The translations under genes were made by a program, and so were the position numbers. A DNA stretch of 63,140 nt, counting the filler, from Hyphochytrium catenoides (Eukaryota; Protista; Hyphochytriomycota), in the NCBI GenBank assembly GCA_900088475.1. It is 9 parts of 9 records of this genome, joined end to end, with 100 filler letters (N's around TTAATTAATTAA, not from the genome) between each part and the next. Parts side by side here need not be neighbours in the genome. Positions count along the whole stretch, not along the records: positions 24,856 to 48,481 come from FLMG01001215.1; positions 48,582 to 53,534 come from FLMG01001414.1; positions 53,635 to 55,828 come from FLMG01004465.1; positions 55,929 to 61,108 come from FLMG01000176.1; 5 more parts are not named here. One strand, 5' to 3'. Shown one piece after another: positions 47,351 through 58,275 of the stretch. Each line of letters starts with the position of its first letter. Position 1 is the first letter of the stretch. The notes under the pieces were generated by a model. That model was not told the origin of the DNA, did no database searches, and saw only the letters and a program-made list of their open reading frames with translations.

Positions 47351-48481
47351 TCAGAATAGACCACGCTGCGAGACAGCTCGGAGAACGGTGCCTGCCACTG
47401 TGGACACAAGGCGTATCTGTCTGACTGCATTACGACTCAGGCCCGATCGCGTCCTTGGGCCCCGCTCTGCTGCCGCAATTTCCACAGTTAGGTGTTGAGG
47501 TGCCTGTCGGTGGATGAGCTCTAGCATCAGCTCTTCTGGGCCCAAACAACAACCTGATTGTGGGGTAGGTACCTCATCGCTTTCCGGGTCCTTCACCTCT
47601 TCTGAAGCTCTGGGCGTCAACTCTCTCTCAGGTTCAGCCTCAGCAGTGTCTACGCAACCATCAACAAGGCCATCAGCTGGCGACAGTGAAGGCCGCACAA
47701 GTCCTTGTTGATCTTCATCCTGATATACAAGCGCTTCATCAACCGGTAGAGAAGCGGAACCTGTCCCCAAACCTGTGAATTAATAGACAACAGAGTTTAC
47801 CAATTCTTCCCTTCTATCAAAACGAAAGGAATCAGAGGAGTGTTTGATTCTCACCGTCATTTTGCGCTGGAGTGCCCGCACCAGCAGACTGCTCAGCAGC
47901 AGCAGCTCCTTTCACCGTCGTCCTTGTCTCCCACGCGTTCAATCCAGCTTTCGCCTCTGTATATTTCCTCAGCCAAAGCTGAGCGTCAGCAGACAGCGAC
48001 TGACACCTTCTCTCTAGGTCTATAACGAGGTACAAGCGACCGTCGGGTTTAGTTGAGAGCGAAGTCAAGAAGAGCAGTAAGGTCTCGGGACGTCAAGTAT
48101 ACTAGGTACTGGTCACAGCGCTCAGCGCTCACCTTGTAGGCGAAGAGTCACAGCGGTAACCCTTCGCCGTGTCTCCTGCTGCTTGGCTTTTTGAGCCCGC
48201 AGTTCCGCCTTCAAAGCCTTAGTATGCTGGGAAGCGCGCTCTCGATCTCTTATGAGTGCTGCTACTTCAGCCTTGCGAGCTGACACTGTGGACTCCCATT
48301 GCTTAACTTCCCTCCGTAAAGTCAAGCGCTCTCGATTAAGCACTACAGCCAGTGTCAGTATGGATAGGAGCAGATGGGATATCCAGGAGGAGCGGATTAC
48401 GAAGTACCCCTAAGAGCCACCAAGAAATCAATGTTTGCTGCTCCTGCACGCTTACCTCCGATAGACAAGGATTGCCCCTTA
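47351..48481 (-). CDS. Coiled-coil protein of unknown function, 5' truncated
   Basis: Heptad-like exons (RERLTLRREVKQWESTVSARKAEVAALIRDRE...; DLERRCQSLSADAQLWLRKY...) with GT-AG-like boundaries; last exon ends at 47351. Confidence 0.6.
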
Positions 48482-49950
48482 NNNNNNNNNNNNNNNNNNN
48501 NNNNNNNNNNNNNNNNNNNNNNNNNTTAATTAATTAANNNNNNNNNNNNNNNNNNNNNNNNNNNNNNNNNNNNNNNNNNNNGAGAGAGAGAGAGAGAGAA
48601 AGAGAAAAGACAGGAGGAAAGATGAGGGACATACACACAATGATCCAAGCCCTCACACCAATCTAGCCATGTTACCCATAATATCCACCACCGCCGAAAA
48701 ATGTATGGAATCAAGGTCAACCTACCTCTCGGGTATGGAACCCAGGTCAATTAGCCGTTACATATTCTACTCATTCTGCATAGTATCGCTTCTATAGAGA
48801 ATAACATAGCTATATATTCTGCATATCAACTCCTTCGGGCTGTGCCTTTGTCTATTGCTTTCATGAGATAAAAACTGTTCCCAGCACTATCGAACCGGCT
48901 CCTCGCATCTTCGAACAGTCGCCCCTCTCTCTCTCTCTTTTTCTCTCCCAGTCTCTCGCGCCCCCCTTTCACACGTCTCTCTCTCTCTCTTTCACTTCCC
49001 CTCTCCAACCTCCGCGGTTCCCCCCTCTCTCTCTGTCTCTCTCTTTATCTCTCTCTGTCTCTCTCTTTCTCTTTCCGTCTCTTTCCGTGTTTCTCTCTCT
49101 CTCTTTCTCTCTCTTTCCTACTTTCTCTCTCTCCTATCCCATTCATTCCTTCCTTCTTCCCTTGTATCACTTTTTACCCTTATCTCTTGGTTCGACTGTA
49201 GAGAGGTAAAGAGAAACTCACATACCAAGGGTATATCCGTCCTTCAGCGACCCCTGCCATGATTCGAGTTGCACTTCCCTAATAATAAATAGATCTACTC
49301 TTTCTCTCCCTCTCCCTCTCTCTCTTGGTCTCTCTCTCCCTTATTACACATCACGTCACAGACACCCAAGGTTCCCATAGAGAAAGCCACGATGGAACTG
49401 AAGAACTCACATTTTCTGTCTCCTTTTTCATGGGAGGAAACGTCCTTATAAAATGACGTGCGTCCCAAAAATCCCGCGAACTCGCTCTCTCTCTCTCTCT
49501 CTTTGCTGGAAACGCTGCTTGGACTGGCACAGAAATAGAGGTCGGGAGAAGAAGAGCAAGAGAAGGTAGAGATGAAAAAACGGAGAACACAAGGTTTTAG
49601 CAGAGGACTCAACGAGGGTGATGAGCGCAGCAAAGGAACGGAAAGAGAGAGAGAGGGAGACTGTATCTGTGTGTGAGGGAGAAAGAGAAGCCAAAAACTA
49701 GAGAGAGAGAGAAGCTGTATGCCTTGTGTGTGTGTGTGGCTGGTCAACGCAATGACCAGGGGCACAAGCTCCTTAAAAATTTAATAGTCTTAGTACTTGC
49801 CTGGGACGTTGTCTCTCTCGCTCCTTCTCTCTCTCTTTCCGCTCTACCTTCCTCTCTTTCTTGCTCTCTCTCCTCTTGCTCTTTCTCTCTGTGTAGAAAT
49901 GATGTCTACGGTCACCACCCTTGCTCTGAATCTGTCTCCTCAAAAACTAA

Positions 49951-51616
49951 CTATTTCTCAGCTTTTCTCTCTCTCTCAAGTTCCTTTCGCGCCAAGACGA
50001 TTAGCAACCGCGGACAGGACGCTGAAGAAGAGAGAGAGACAGGAAAGGAAGAGAGAGAGAGAGCAGGAGAGACAGAAGGCATCGCACTTGAGAGAAAGTT
50101 CAAGGCGTTGTTGGCTGTGCTTCTCAGCTTTGGGTCAGGAGAGAGGAAGAAACGGAGAAGACTTTGCAAGACAGGGGCGGGAGATGATGAAGAAGATGAC
50201 GGAAGAGATGAAGAGAGAGAAGAAGTGGGAGGACATAAAGGGAGAGAGAGAGACGCTTCTTTCACGATCTCTTCTATCTTTCTTCGCGAGAGAGAGTTTG
50301 GCCTTTTCCCTGTGATCATTGTCCATACTACGCAACCGAGGGAGTAGACGTCCGAAGAGAGAGAGACAGAATCCGTGCTCCACGCCTCAGGAGGAGAGAA
50401 AGAGACGTCATCTCCTGCGGTGGAGAGAGACACTGGAACTGAAGTACGATTGGAGGGAAGGGAGACAGGGGTCAGTCTTTTTCATGGAGCTAGAAACACA
50501 GAGAGAAGACATCTAATGAAGATAGGTAGAAAGGAACGAGACGCAAGCAAGAGAGAGAAAGACGAAAGAAAGAGAGAAAGGAAGGGGAGGGAGAAGGAGA
50601 CAAAGAAAGATGAAGAAAGAGTAGAACGGAAATAAACGAACGAAAAGAAAAGGGAGAGAGAGAGAAAAGAGAGTGAGAGAGTTAGGTGAGAGAGAGAGAG
50701 AGAGAGAGTGAGAGAAGGAGAGACATGCCCCTAAATATTAGAGTACGCAATGACCTGTCTGTCCATCTCCCTGTCTGCCCCGATCTTGCTCTCTCTTCAC
50801 CGTCTGAGAGAGCTCTTGGGGAGAGGCGAGCTGAATCTCTCTCTCTCTCTGGAAGAGCAAGAAGCCTCCAAGCTTTAACCGGATCTCTCCCTCTCTTTCT
50901 CCTTCCGTAATGAAGAAAGAGAGAGGAGAAATATTCCGGTGTGCAATCTTTTTGCTATGAAGGGAAGTGAGAGCTGAGACCATTTGATAGGCCCAGAGCT
51001 CCATCTCCGGGAGAGAGAGATGAGAAATCAATCCTTTTTCGATGTCTGTCTCTCTTTTCTTGTGCTGACTCTCTCTAGGCGTCCTGTTTTCTCTCATTAG
51101 GCATTCTCCCCCTTTTTCTCCTCTCTCTCTCTCGGTGGCGGAGAGGACAGCACTGATGAGAGAAACTTGGGGACTGTGCCGGAAAGGAGAGAGAGAAAAG
51201 CAAGAAGGAAGTGCTTTCCAACTGGTGATTCCGAGAAGCTGAGAAAGCGACAGCTCGTGACAGAACTCCTGCAGGAAAAAGAACTAAAACGACAAACGAG
51301 AGAGTTAGGGGGAGAGAGAGAGAGAGAGAGAGAGAGATAAGACAATATATTGTTCCGAAAGAGCAAAGATATATCCAGACCAAACATTCCAAAAGTGAGA
51401 AGGGACGGAGCAAGATGAGCTACGTATAACCGGGAACACAAGGAGACGGGTGAAAGAAAAATTGACAGATAGGGTGGGAGAATGACAGACAGACAAAGAG
51501 TAGGCGAGAGAGAGCGAGAGCGAGAGAGAGAGAGAGAGAGAGAAAGAAGAGAGACAGAGAGAGAGTAAGATAATAGAGAGACAAGAGAGAAGAGAGAGAG
51601 ACAGAGAGAGAGAGCA

Positions 51617-51651
<35 letters not shown>

Positions 51652-52940
51652 GGAGAGAGACAGAGAGAGAGTAAGATAGTAGAGAGACAAGACAGAGAGA
51701 GAGAGCACGACAGAGAGAGAGAGAGAGGAAGAGAGAGAGAGCTTACAATCTCCGCTCTCTCTATCCTGGTGCCATAGATGTTAAACTTCTGCAGCGTGTG
51801 ACGGAACACTTCCTTCAGAGCCACTACGAACGGACTTCGAACAGATTGAATGACCCTCGCCTCCTAGGTTATCATCAAGGAGAGAGAGGGTGGAGAGACA
51901 AAGCATTTAGAAGATAATGAGAGAAGGAAAGAGAGAGAGAGAGCGAGAGAGAGAGAGAGAGAGGGGAGAGAGAGAGATAAACAATAGGGAAAGAGTAGAG
52001 TCAACTCAAGTAGGAACAAAAGAACAAGCCTCTTGCTTCTCCGTTTGAGTCAGCAAATGAGAGGAAACACAGTGTCACAAGCAAAGTAAGAGGAAAAATG
52101 AGAGGGAAAGAAGGGGGAAAGAGAGAGAAAGCGAAAGACAGAGAGAGAGAGAGAGAGAGATAATAATACGGAGAGCGAGAGAGAGAGAGAGAAAGGGTGA
52201 AGACAGAGCAACGAGAGAGTGAAAGGAGCGACGGGGAAGGAGAGAGCAGAGAGCGAGAGCGAAAGGAGGCGACAGAGAGACAGAGAAAGAGAGAGCTCGC
52301 GGAGAGCCGACAAGGGAGAAGAGAGATATGAAAGGCTAGTCCTTACTTTCTCCACGAAGTCAGCTTCTCTTTCGTTGACGCAGACCAAAGTCTGAAGCAA
52401 GTATTTCTTTCCATCCGCTGTGTCTTCTACGATTGCCTTCAACTTCTTTTCTCCCCCTTTCTCTTCTTCTGTTCTCTTCATGTCTCTCTCTTTTTTCTCT
52501 CTTTCTTCTGTCAGGGCCCGCTCCCACCGCAAACGGCGGAGCAGTGGGGCAGGAGAGATGCAGAGAGAAACGAGAGAAAGGAATTCTGCCTGTGCTCTCT
52601 CTTGGTATCTGCTCTCTTCTCTCTCTAGAGAGCGAGTATGAAGTTCCTCTCTCTGCAGACCAGTAACCGCCCATTCCACAGCGCATAGATATCAGCGAGA
52701 GAGAGAAAAATAGAGAGAGAGAGTGAGAAAGTGGTGCATAGTCCAGGAAAGGAGAGACAGAAAAAGAAAAAAAAACGGAGAAGGAGAGGAGAAAACATTT
52801 GATATCAGAGAGATGCAGAAAGACCAAAAGAGAGAGGGAAAGATGAGTCACAGCGGATACGTTTGGAAAGACTGGCCGAACGTTCAAGGAAAGAAAAACA
52901 GTGATCGACATAGTGGTCATTTGAGGGAGAGAGAGACTGT

Positions 52941-52984
<44 letters not shown>

Positions 52985-53278
52985 TACCAAGAGTTGTCTA
53001 TCTTCCTCTGCGGCCATCTTGCGCCTTTCATCTTCTTCACGTCCCATTCGCGTCTCCAATTCGACTGCTCGGGTCCATCCATCCTTCGACTCCTCTTTTC
53101 TTAGAACGTTGTCTCCTTCTTTTTCGCCTTTTATCTCTTGGTTGCTTCTGTCTCTCTCCTTTTCCTCTTTGTTTCCGTTCTCCTCTTCTCCTAGGTTTGC
53201 CATCACCTCGTCTACCTTTTGGTGCCACGTAGCTCTGGTCAAAAGGGCAGGAGAGAGGCAAGAGAGAGAGAGGCGCAT
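49951..53278 (-). CDS. Protein-kinase-fold protein with degenerate catalytic motifs (pseudokinase), multi-exon
   Basis: GKKYLLQTLVC...EK|EARVIQSVRSPFVVALKEVF; WAYQMVSALTSLHSKKIAHRNISPLSFFI...LKLGGF; FSPPEAW...SDVYSLGCVVWTMITGK. Confidence 0.75.
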
Positions 53279-53634
53279 GCGGATGAAAGAGAAAGGCCAG
53301 CGTTAGGAAAGTCGACTTCAAGTGGGAATTCGTGCGGATGGAGGGGGCAGAGAGAGAGAGAGAAAGAGAGAGGAAGAAAGGCAGAATGTCTCGGTTGACG
53401 CGATAAAAGGAGAGAGAAAATGAGAAGCTCATGACAGAGAGAAAATGAGTATGACAAACGCTAAAAGAAAGAGGTGCCCAAAAAACACTTCAGAGAGAGA
53501 GAGAGAATAAGAGAGAGAGAGAGAGAGAGAGAGANNNNNNNNNNNNNNNNNNNNNNNNNNNNNNNNNNNNNNNNNNNNTTAATTAATTAANNNNNNNNNN
53601 NNNNNNNNNNNNNNNNNNNNNNNNNNNNNNNNNN

Positions 53635-55690
53635 TGGTCCGGGTAACCCTTCCACTTCAGCAGGTATTGACGACGCCCTCTGAACAAACGTGTATCTAGT
53701 ATAGCTTCTACCTCGTACTCCTCATGTCCATTGACTATGTCTGGCGGAGGCCTATCGTGTTTTGCCTGTGACTCCATATTAGAAAGATGTTCCTTCAACT
53801 GCGAAACACGAAAGACAGGGTGTGACTGTTTGTACGTAACCGGTAGATTAGGCGGTATGCGGTAGCCGAGATCACTCGTTCTATCGGAAAGGGCCCGGCC
53901 CGACAAACGCCTGGCCCAATTTGCGCTTCGGACGCGCCCGTTCGTAATGAGACATCAGAGCGGAGGTTTTGACCAGGACCATATCGCCAACCTTAAAGCT
54001 GACATCTTGGCGATGCTTGTTGGCCTGTAGTGCTTGTGTTATATGTATATCTCCCCAGACGGCTGCTATCGCTCTGGACTCGACCGGTGCATGGGATGGG
54101 ACCTCTTCTCTTGGAAACCACTATCAGGATGGGTAGTCCCGACTAGAGTCATCAACGAAGGGCTCTGACGAAGGATGCACTCTTCCTTTTCCCTTTGTCC
54201 CCTCTTTCTCTTTGCATGTTATTAGGATAGCCTGTTGACTGTACTTCTCTTGCATGTTGCTCTTTTATCTTTGCAGTCTCAGGTAGACTGACTCTCTGGC
54301 AAGGGAGATTCCCTCTTAACCTCTACACCTCAGTTAATAAACTTCTTTCTGAAGTAGAAGACCCTTTGCTACTTGCGCGTGTTCCCGCGAAGTCTTCTTC
54401 TGCGTGGTGCTTGTCTTAACTGAGGCCTGGCGAGCTAAGGTACAGACAGAGCACCTTCTCTCTCTCTCACTCTCTTGAGATCTGCATCAGTTTCTCATAC
54501 TACAGCTTGAGCTTGTTGTGCCCATCGAAGAATGTCCCGGGCTGCTCTTTGTAGTCCTGTCTCAAGGACTTCTACGAAATCCTCCACTGCTGGCACAATT
54601 GTAGGTGCTAAGAGGTCCAGCGGCACCCGAGGCTGCTGCCCGGTATTATCGAGCTCGAAGGGAGAGAAACCCGTAGAACTTTGGGTTGCATATTGATGGC
54701 GAACTCCGCCGCTGTTAGAAGCTCATCCCAATTGTCCATGTTGAAGTTCACACAAGCCCGAAGCGTTTCTTCCAACGTGCGATTCACCCGTTCTGTCTGA
54801 CCATCGGTTTGTTGAGGGTGTTGAGCCGAAGACAACGCCAACTTAGTGCCCAAGAGTTGGAACAGACTGGTCCAAAACCGACTGGTGAACCGCGGATCAC
54901 GATCTGATACGATGGACTTCGGGAGCCCGTAATGTCTAATGACATGATCGAAGAATAGGCGAGCTGTTTCCTCCGCATTGACGGTTGAATGGGTGGCCAC
55001 AAGAATGACTCGCTTGGACAACCGGTCTACAATAACCAATAGTGCATCGTGACCCCGCGTCGTCTGGGGCAGATCCATGATGAAATCCATTGAGACTGAT
55101 CCCCAACTGGGCGAAAAGATGGCTAATGGCTGGAGTATCCTGTGAGTCGACTGCGTGGACGGCTTAGACCGCTGCCATCATGTAGGGCACCGAGCTACAT
55201 AATTCTTGATAAACTTGTCCATCCGGGGCCAGTAAAAGAACTTCTGCGCCTGCTGATAGGTCTTCAGAAAGCCGAAGTGCCCCGCCTTAGGCACGTCGTG
55301 TAACTCTTCAAGAAGTTTTGGCCTAATCTTTGCATCGGTAGGTACACACACCCGTGACACGTGAGGGCACCAGCAAACCGGAAGGGTTCAGGACTTACTG
55401 TGACTGACGCTAGTGACGGGGAAGGGGCTGGTGTTGCTGCAGACAATGAACGATAACGCTAAATGTTGGATCCTCAGCATACGCAGCGATCAAACTCTCG
55501 CGGAGGGCGAGATCTAATGCCGGAAAAGAGAGGGGGAGAATAGGGACCGCGACGGCCGGAGCCGCAACATCCGGGCGGCGCGAAAGTGCATCTGCGGTGA
55601 GGTTCTTTTCACCCGGCTCATAGACGATATCAAAGTCATAGTCAGCAAGAAAGTCTAACCACCGAGGGAGCCGTCGTGAGAGCTTGGCCT
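53635..55690 (-). mobile_element. Decayed Ty3/Gypsy (chromovirus-type) pol fragment: RNase H end, integrase Zn-finger and core, chromodomain
   Basis: RWLDFLADYDFDIVYEPGEKNLTADALSR; HDVPKAGHFG...YWPRM...C; MDFIMDLP...VDRLSK...IVSDRDPRFTS...QTDGQTERVNRTLE; HPVFRVSQLK; EYEVEAILD...YLLKWKGYP; frameshifts and stops present. Confidence 0.95.
54037..54504 (+). mobile_element. Solo LTR (468 bp) nested in the Gypsy integrase C-terminal region
   Basis: TG...CA termini (TGTTATATG / CATACTACA, imperfect inverted repeat); GCTTG duplicated at 54032-54036 and 54505-54509; AATAAA on the + strand; excision restores the integrase frame. Confidence 0.9.
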
Positions 55691-55928
55691 CCCTTTCTTT
55701 TTCCAGGAAGTGTCTGTTAACCGATTCCTAAGTAGCAGCTTTCCTTCCCCTGTTGGCCTGAGCGTCAACGTTTAACTAATTCCAGCGCTTCTCTATCACC
55801 TCATTGCTTCTCTTTGTTCTATCGGCTTNNNNNNNNNNNNNNNNNNNNNNNNNNNNNNNNNNNNNNNNNNNNTTAATTAATTAANNNNNNNNNNNNNNNN
55901 NNNNNNNNNNNNNNNNNNNNNNNNNNNN

Positions 55929-57381
55929 CCATACGTCTCATTGTTCTTTCTCGGCCTTCTCTCTAACTGCCTCCCTCTCTCTCTCTTTTTTTTCTCTCTC
56001 TCTCTCTCTTTCGCTCTCTCTCTTTCGCTCTCTCTCTCATTCTCTCTCTCTTCTCTTGCTCTCAGGGCATCGCCTCTTTTTCTTTCAGTCTCTCTCAAAC
56101 TTCTATTGCTTTCAAAGAAGACAAGTTGTACCTGCCCGCGCTCCTCTGCCAGGTGAATGTTTGACGAAGACTGGCCCTCAATTTCCCTTGCAATTTGCTC
56201 TGCTTTCTTCCTAATTTCCCTGTAAAGTGGCGGGCCAAACATGCCGCAATCAGCAGAGGGCGATCAGAGAAAGTAGAGGAAGGCCAAACAAGGCTGAAGA
56301 GCCTTACTCTGGCATGTCTTCTTTGTTGAGGCGCGTGGTGTAGAGGTTCTCATCATAGGTGGACTTCACGCCGAACAAGCTTTCGTTCACCTTGAATTGG
56401 TCCCAGCTTTTGCCCTGCCATAAAATGCATCAACTTTGGTTACTTAGGTCAGCTACCCTGTCTTTGCTTTTATCATCACCTTATGGCTTTGTTCCTCAAG
56501 CTGCCCAACAGAAGCCGAAGGGGAGGCGCCAACGAGGTGATGCGCGACCTCGAGCTCTCGCCCGTCCAAGTCCGGGCGGTACGCCCGTGAGATATCTGCG
56601 TCTGTCTTAAATCCTTCCTCCTCCGTCCTCTCAGCGAGGCTGACGGAACGTGCGTGGAGTTGCACCAGGTCTTTTTGCTCGATCGTCAGCGTGCTGCCCG
56701 GCGTGAACTCGAAAGAAGGGGTCCCAGACTGGAAAGGAGTTAAGTTACCTTCCCTGGTTCTCCCACGGGTCCCACTTCTTACACAGCCTCACCTTGACAG
56801 AGGCCTCTTTGATAACAACTGCGAAGTCGTCGACGCCGCAGGTGTAGAAAATGCCCTCATACTTCACGCCGTCCACGGTAGAAATCTCCACGTGATTGCC
56901 CTGCACCTTATTGTTTAGAGCAAGCCCGAACAATCACTTCCCTCTCTGCCTGGACTTACCACCAAAGACTGAGAGGCGAAGAGGAACCTGTTCCGCATAA
57001 TCCTAAAGAACTCTGCGACGGTGCAGAGTTAGCTCGGGAGAAAGCGAAGAGGAGGGTAGATGAGCTTAGAAATGGTCTACCATTCTTGTCCTTAGAGGAA
57101 CTGTCCAGCCCTGGAGGGGCCCGTGCGTTTCCGGCTTCAGACTTCTTTCCGCGCACAGTCTCCCACCCGCGATTCCTGGAAGGTGGGGGCGCGCCTTGAG
57201 AACTGGCGCTGCCGCGGGGCGCTCCCCCCGCAGAAGGCTTGGGGGCCGGCTCTGAGGGGCGTCTAGGAACGCCAGTCAGTGAATTAACCTTCCACAGATA
57301 AGCCGCCCTTCTTTTCCCTGCATACCTGCGCGGGTTCTTGCCATCAGATTTGCCTGCCGGATGTCCTTGTCGGGCTTTCAT
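55929..57381 (-). CDS. ATXN2: Ataxin-2 / Pbp1-like protein (LSm + LsmAD domains), 3' truncated
   Basis: [18 protein letters not shown] (LSm), [34 protein letters not shown] and [23 protein letters not shown] (LsmAD); GT-AG introns; ATG at 57381. Confidence 0.92.
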
Positions 57382-57881
57382 TCTGACTGAACTAAACCCT
57401 TTACTAGCAGATGTTGGTGGGCGAATGGGGGAAAGCGGCTAGGAGGGAAGCCCCTGGAGCTAGAGATGCGGAAGACGAACGCCCTATTCCAGTGCCCTGG
57501 ACCCGGGTCTCCTTCCTTCACTCTCTGAAGTTGAGCAGCAGAGGCTCGACCGCTCGATCAATGCCCGTCCCTGCTCTTCTGTCAGTGTCCAGGCTGAGAA
57601 CAAGCTCCCTCTAATCGTTTCTATCAGGGGCGGCAGCACGGGGAGGGAAGGGAAGGAAGCAGGAGCTCATCATAGTTGCGGTCACAGACAGGCCATGGCA
57701 TAATTGACATATCCTAACACCCAGTCTCGTGCTAATTTACAGCGTGTGCTCGCAATTTATCAATCAGCTACTGTCAAATATGAGGAAGCAGTCAATTAAC
57801 AGCTGCAAAATCTGCAGTGTTTGTACGGTACTGTGCTCTGATTCTCCTCTCTCTCTTTACTGGGCTTGGCTTGGCCCCTAC

Positions 57882-58275
57882 GCAGCTCCTGCAAGCCGCT
57901 CTCACAGGGGCTCTAGCGCCCCTCCTATCCATAGCTAANNNNNNNNNNNNNNNNNNNNNNNNNNNNNNNNNNNNNNNNNNNNNNNNNNNNNNNNNNNNNN
58001 NNNNNNNNNNNNNNNNNNNNNNNNNNNNNNNNNNNNNNNNNNNNNNNNNNNNNNNNNNNNNNNNNNNNNNNNNNNNNNNNNNNNNNNNNNNNNNNNNNNN
58101 NNNNNNNNNNNNNNNNNNNNNNNNNNNNNNNNNNNNNNNNNNNNNNNNNNNNNNNNNNNNNNNNNNNNNNNNNNNNNNNNNNNNNNNNNNNNNNNNNNNN
58201 NNNNNNNNNNNNNNNCCAGCTCCTGCAAGCCGCTCTCACAGGGGCTCTAGCAGCGTCCCTCCTATCCATAGCTAA
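57882..58275 (+). repeat. About 57-60 bp unit repeated on both sides of an N gap (collapsed tandem array or scaffolding overlap)
   Basis: CAGCTCCTGCAAGCCGCTCTCACAGGGGCTCTAGC...CCTCCTATCCATAGCTAA on both sides of gap 57939-58215, with a small indel between copies. Confidence 0.7.

Noticed and set aside
3427-57381. Alternative genetic code or non-canonical introns
   Set aside because: Conserved genes read through with the standard code and GT-AG junctions; stops fall in introns or decayed elements.
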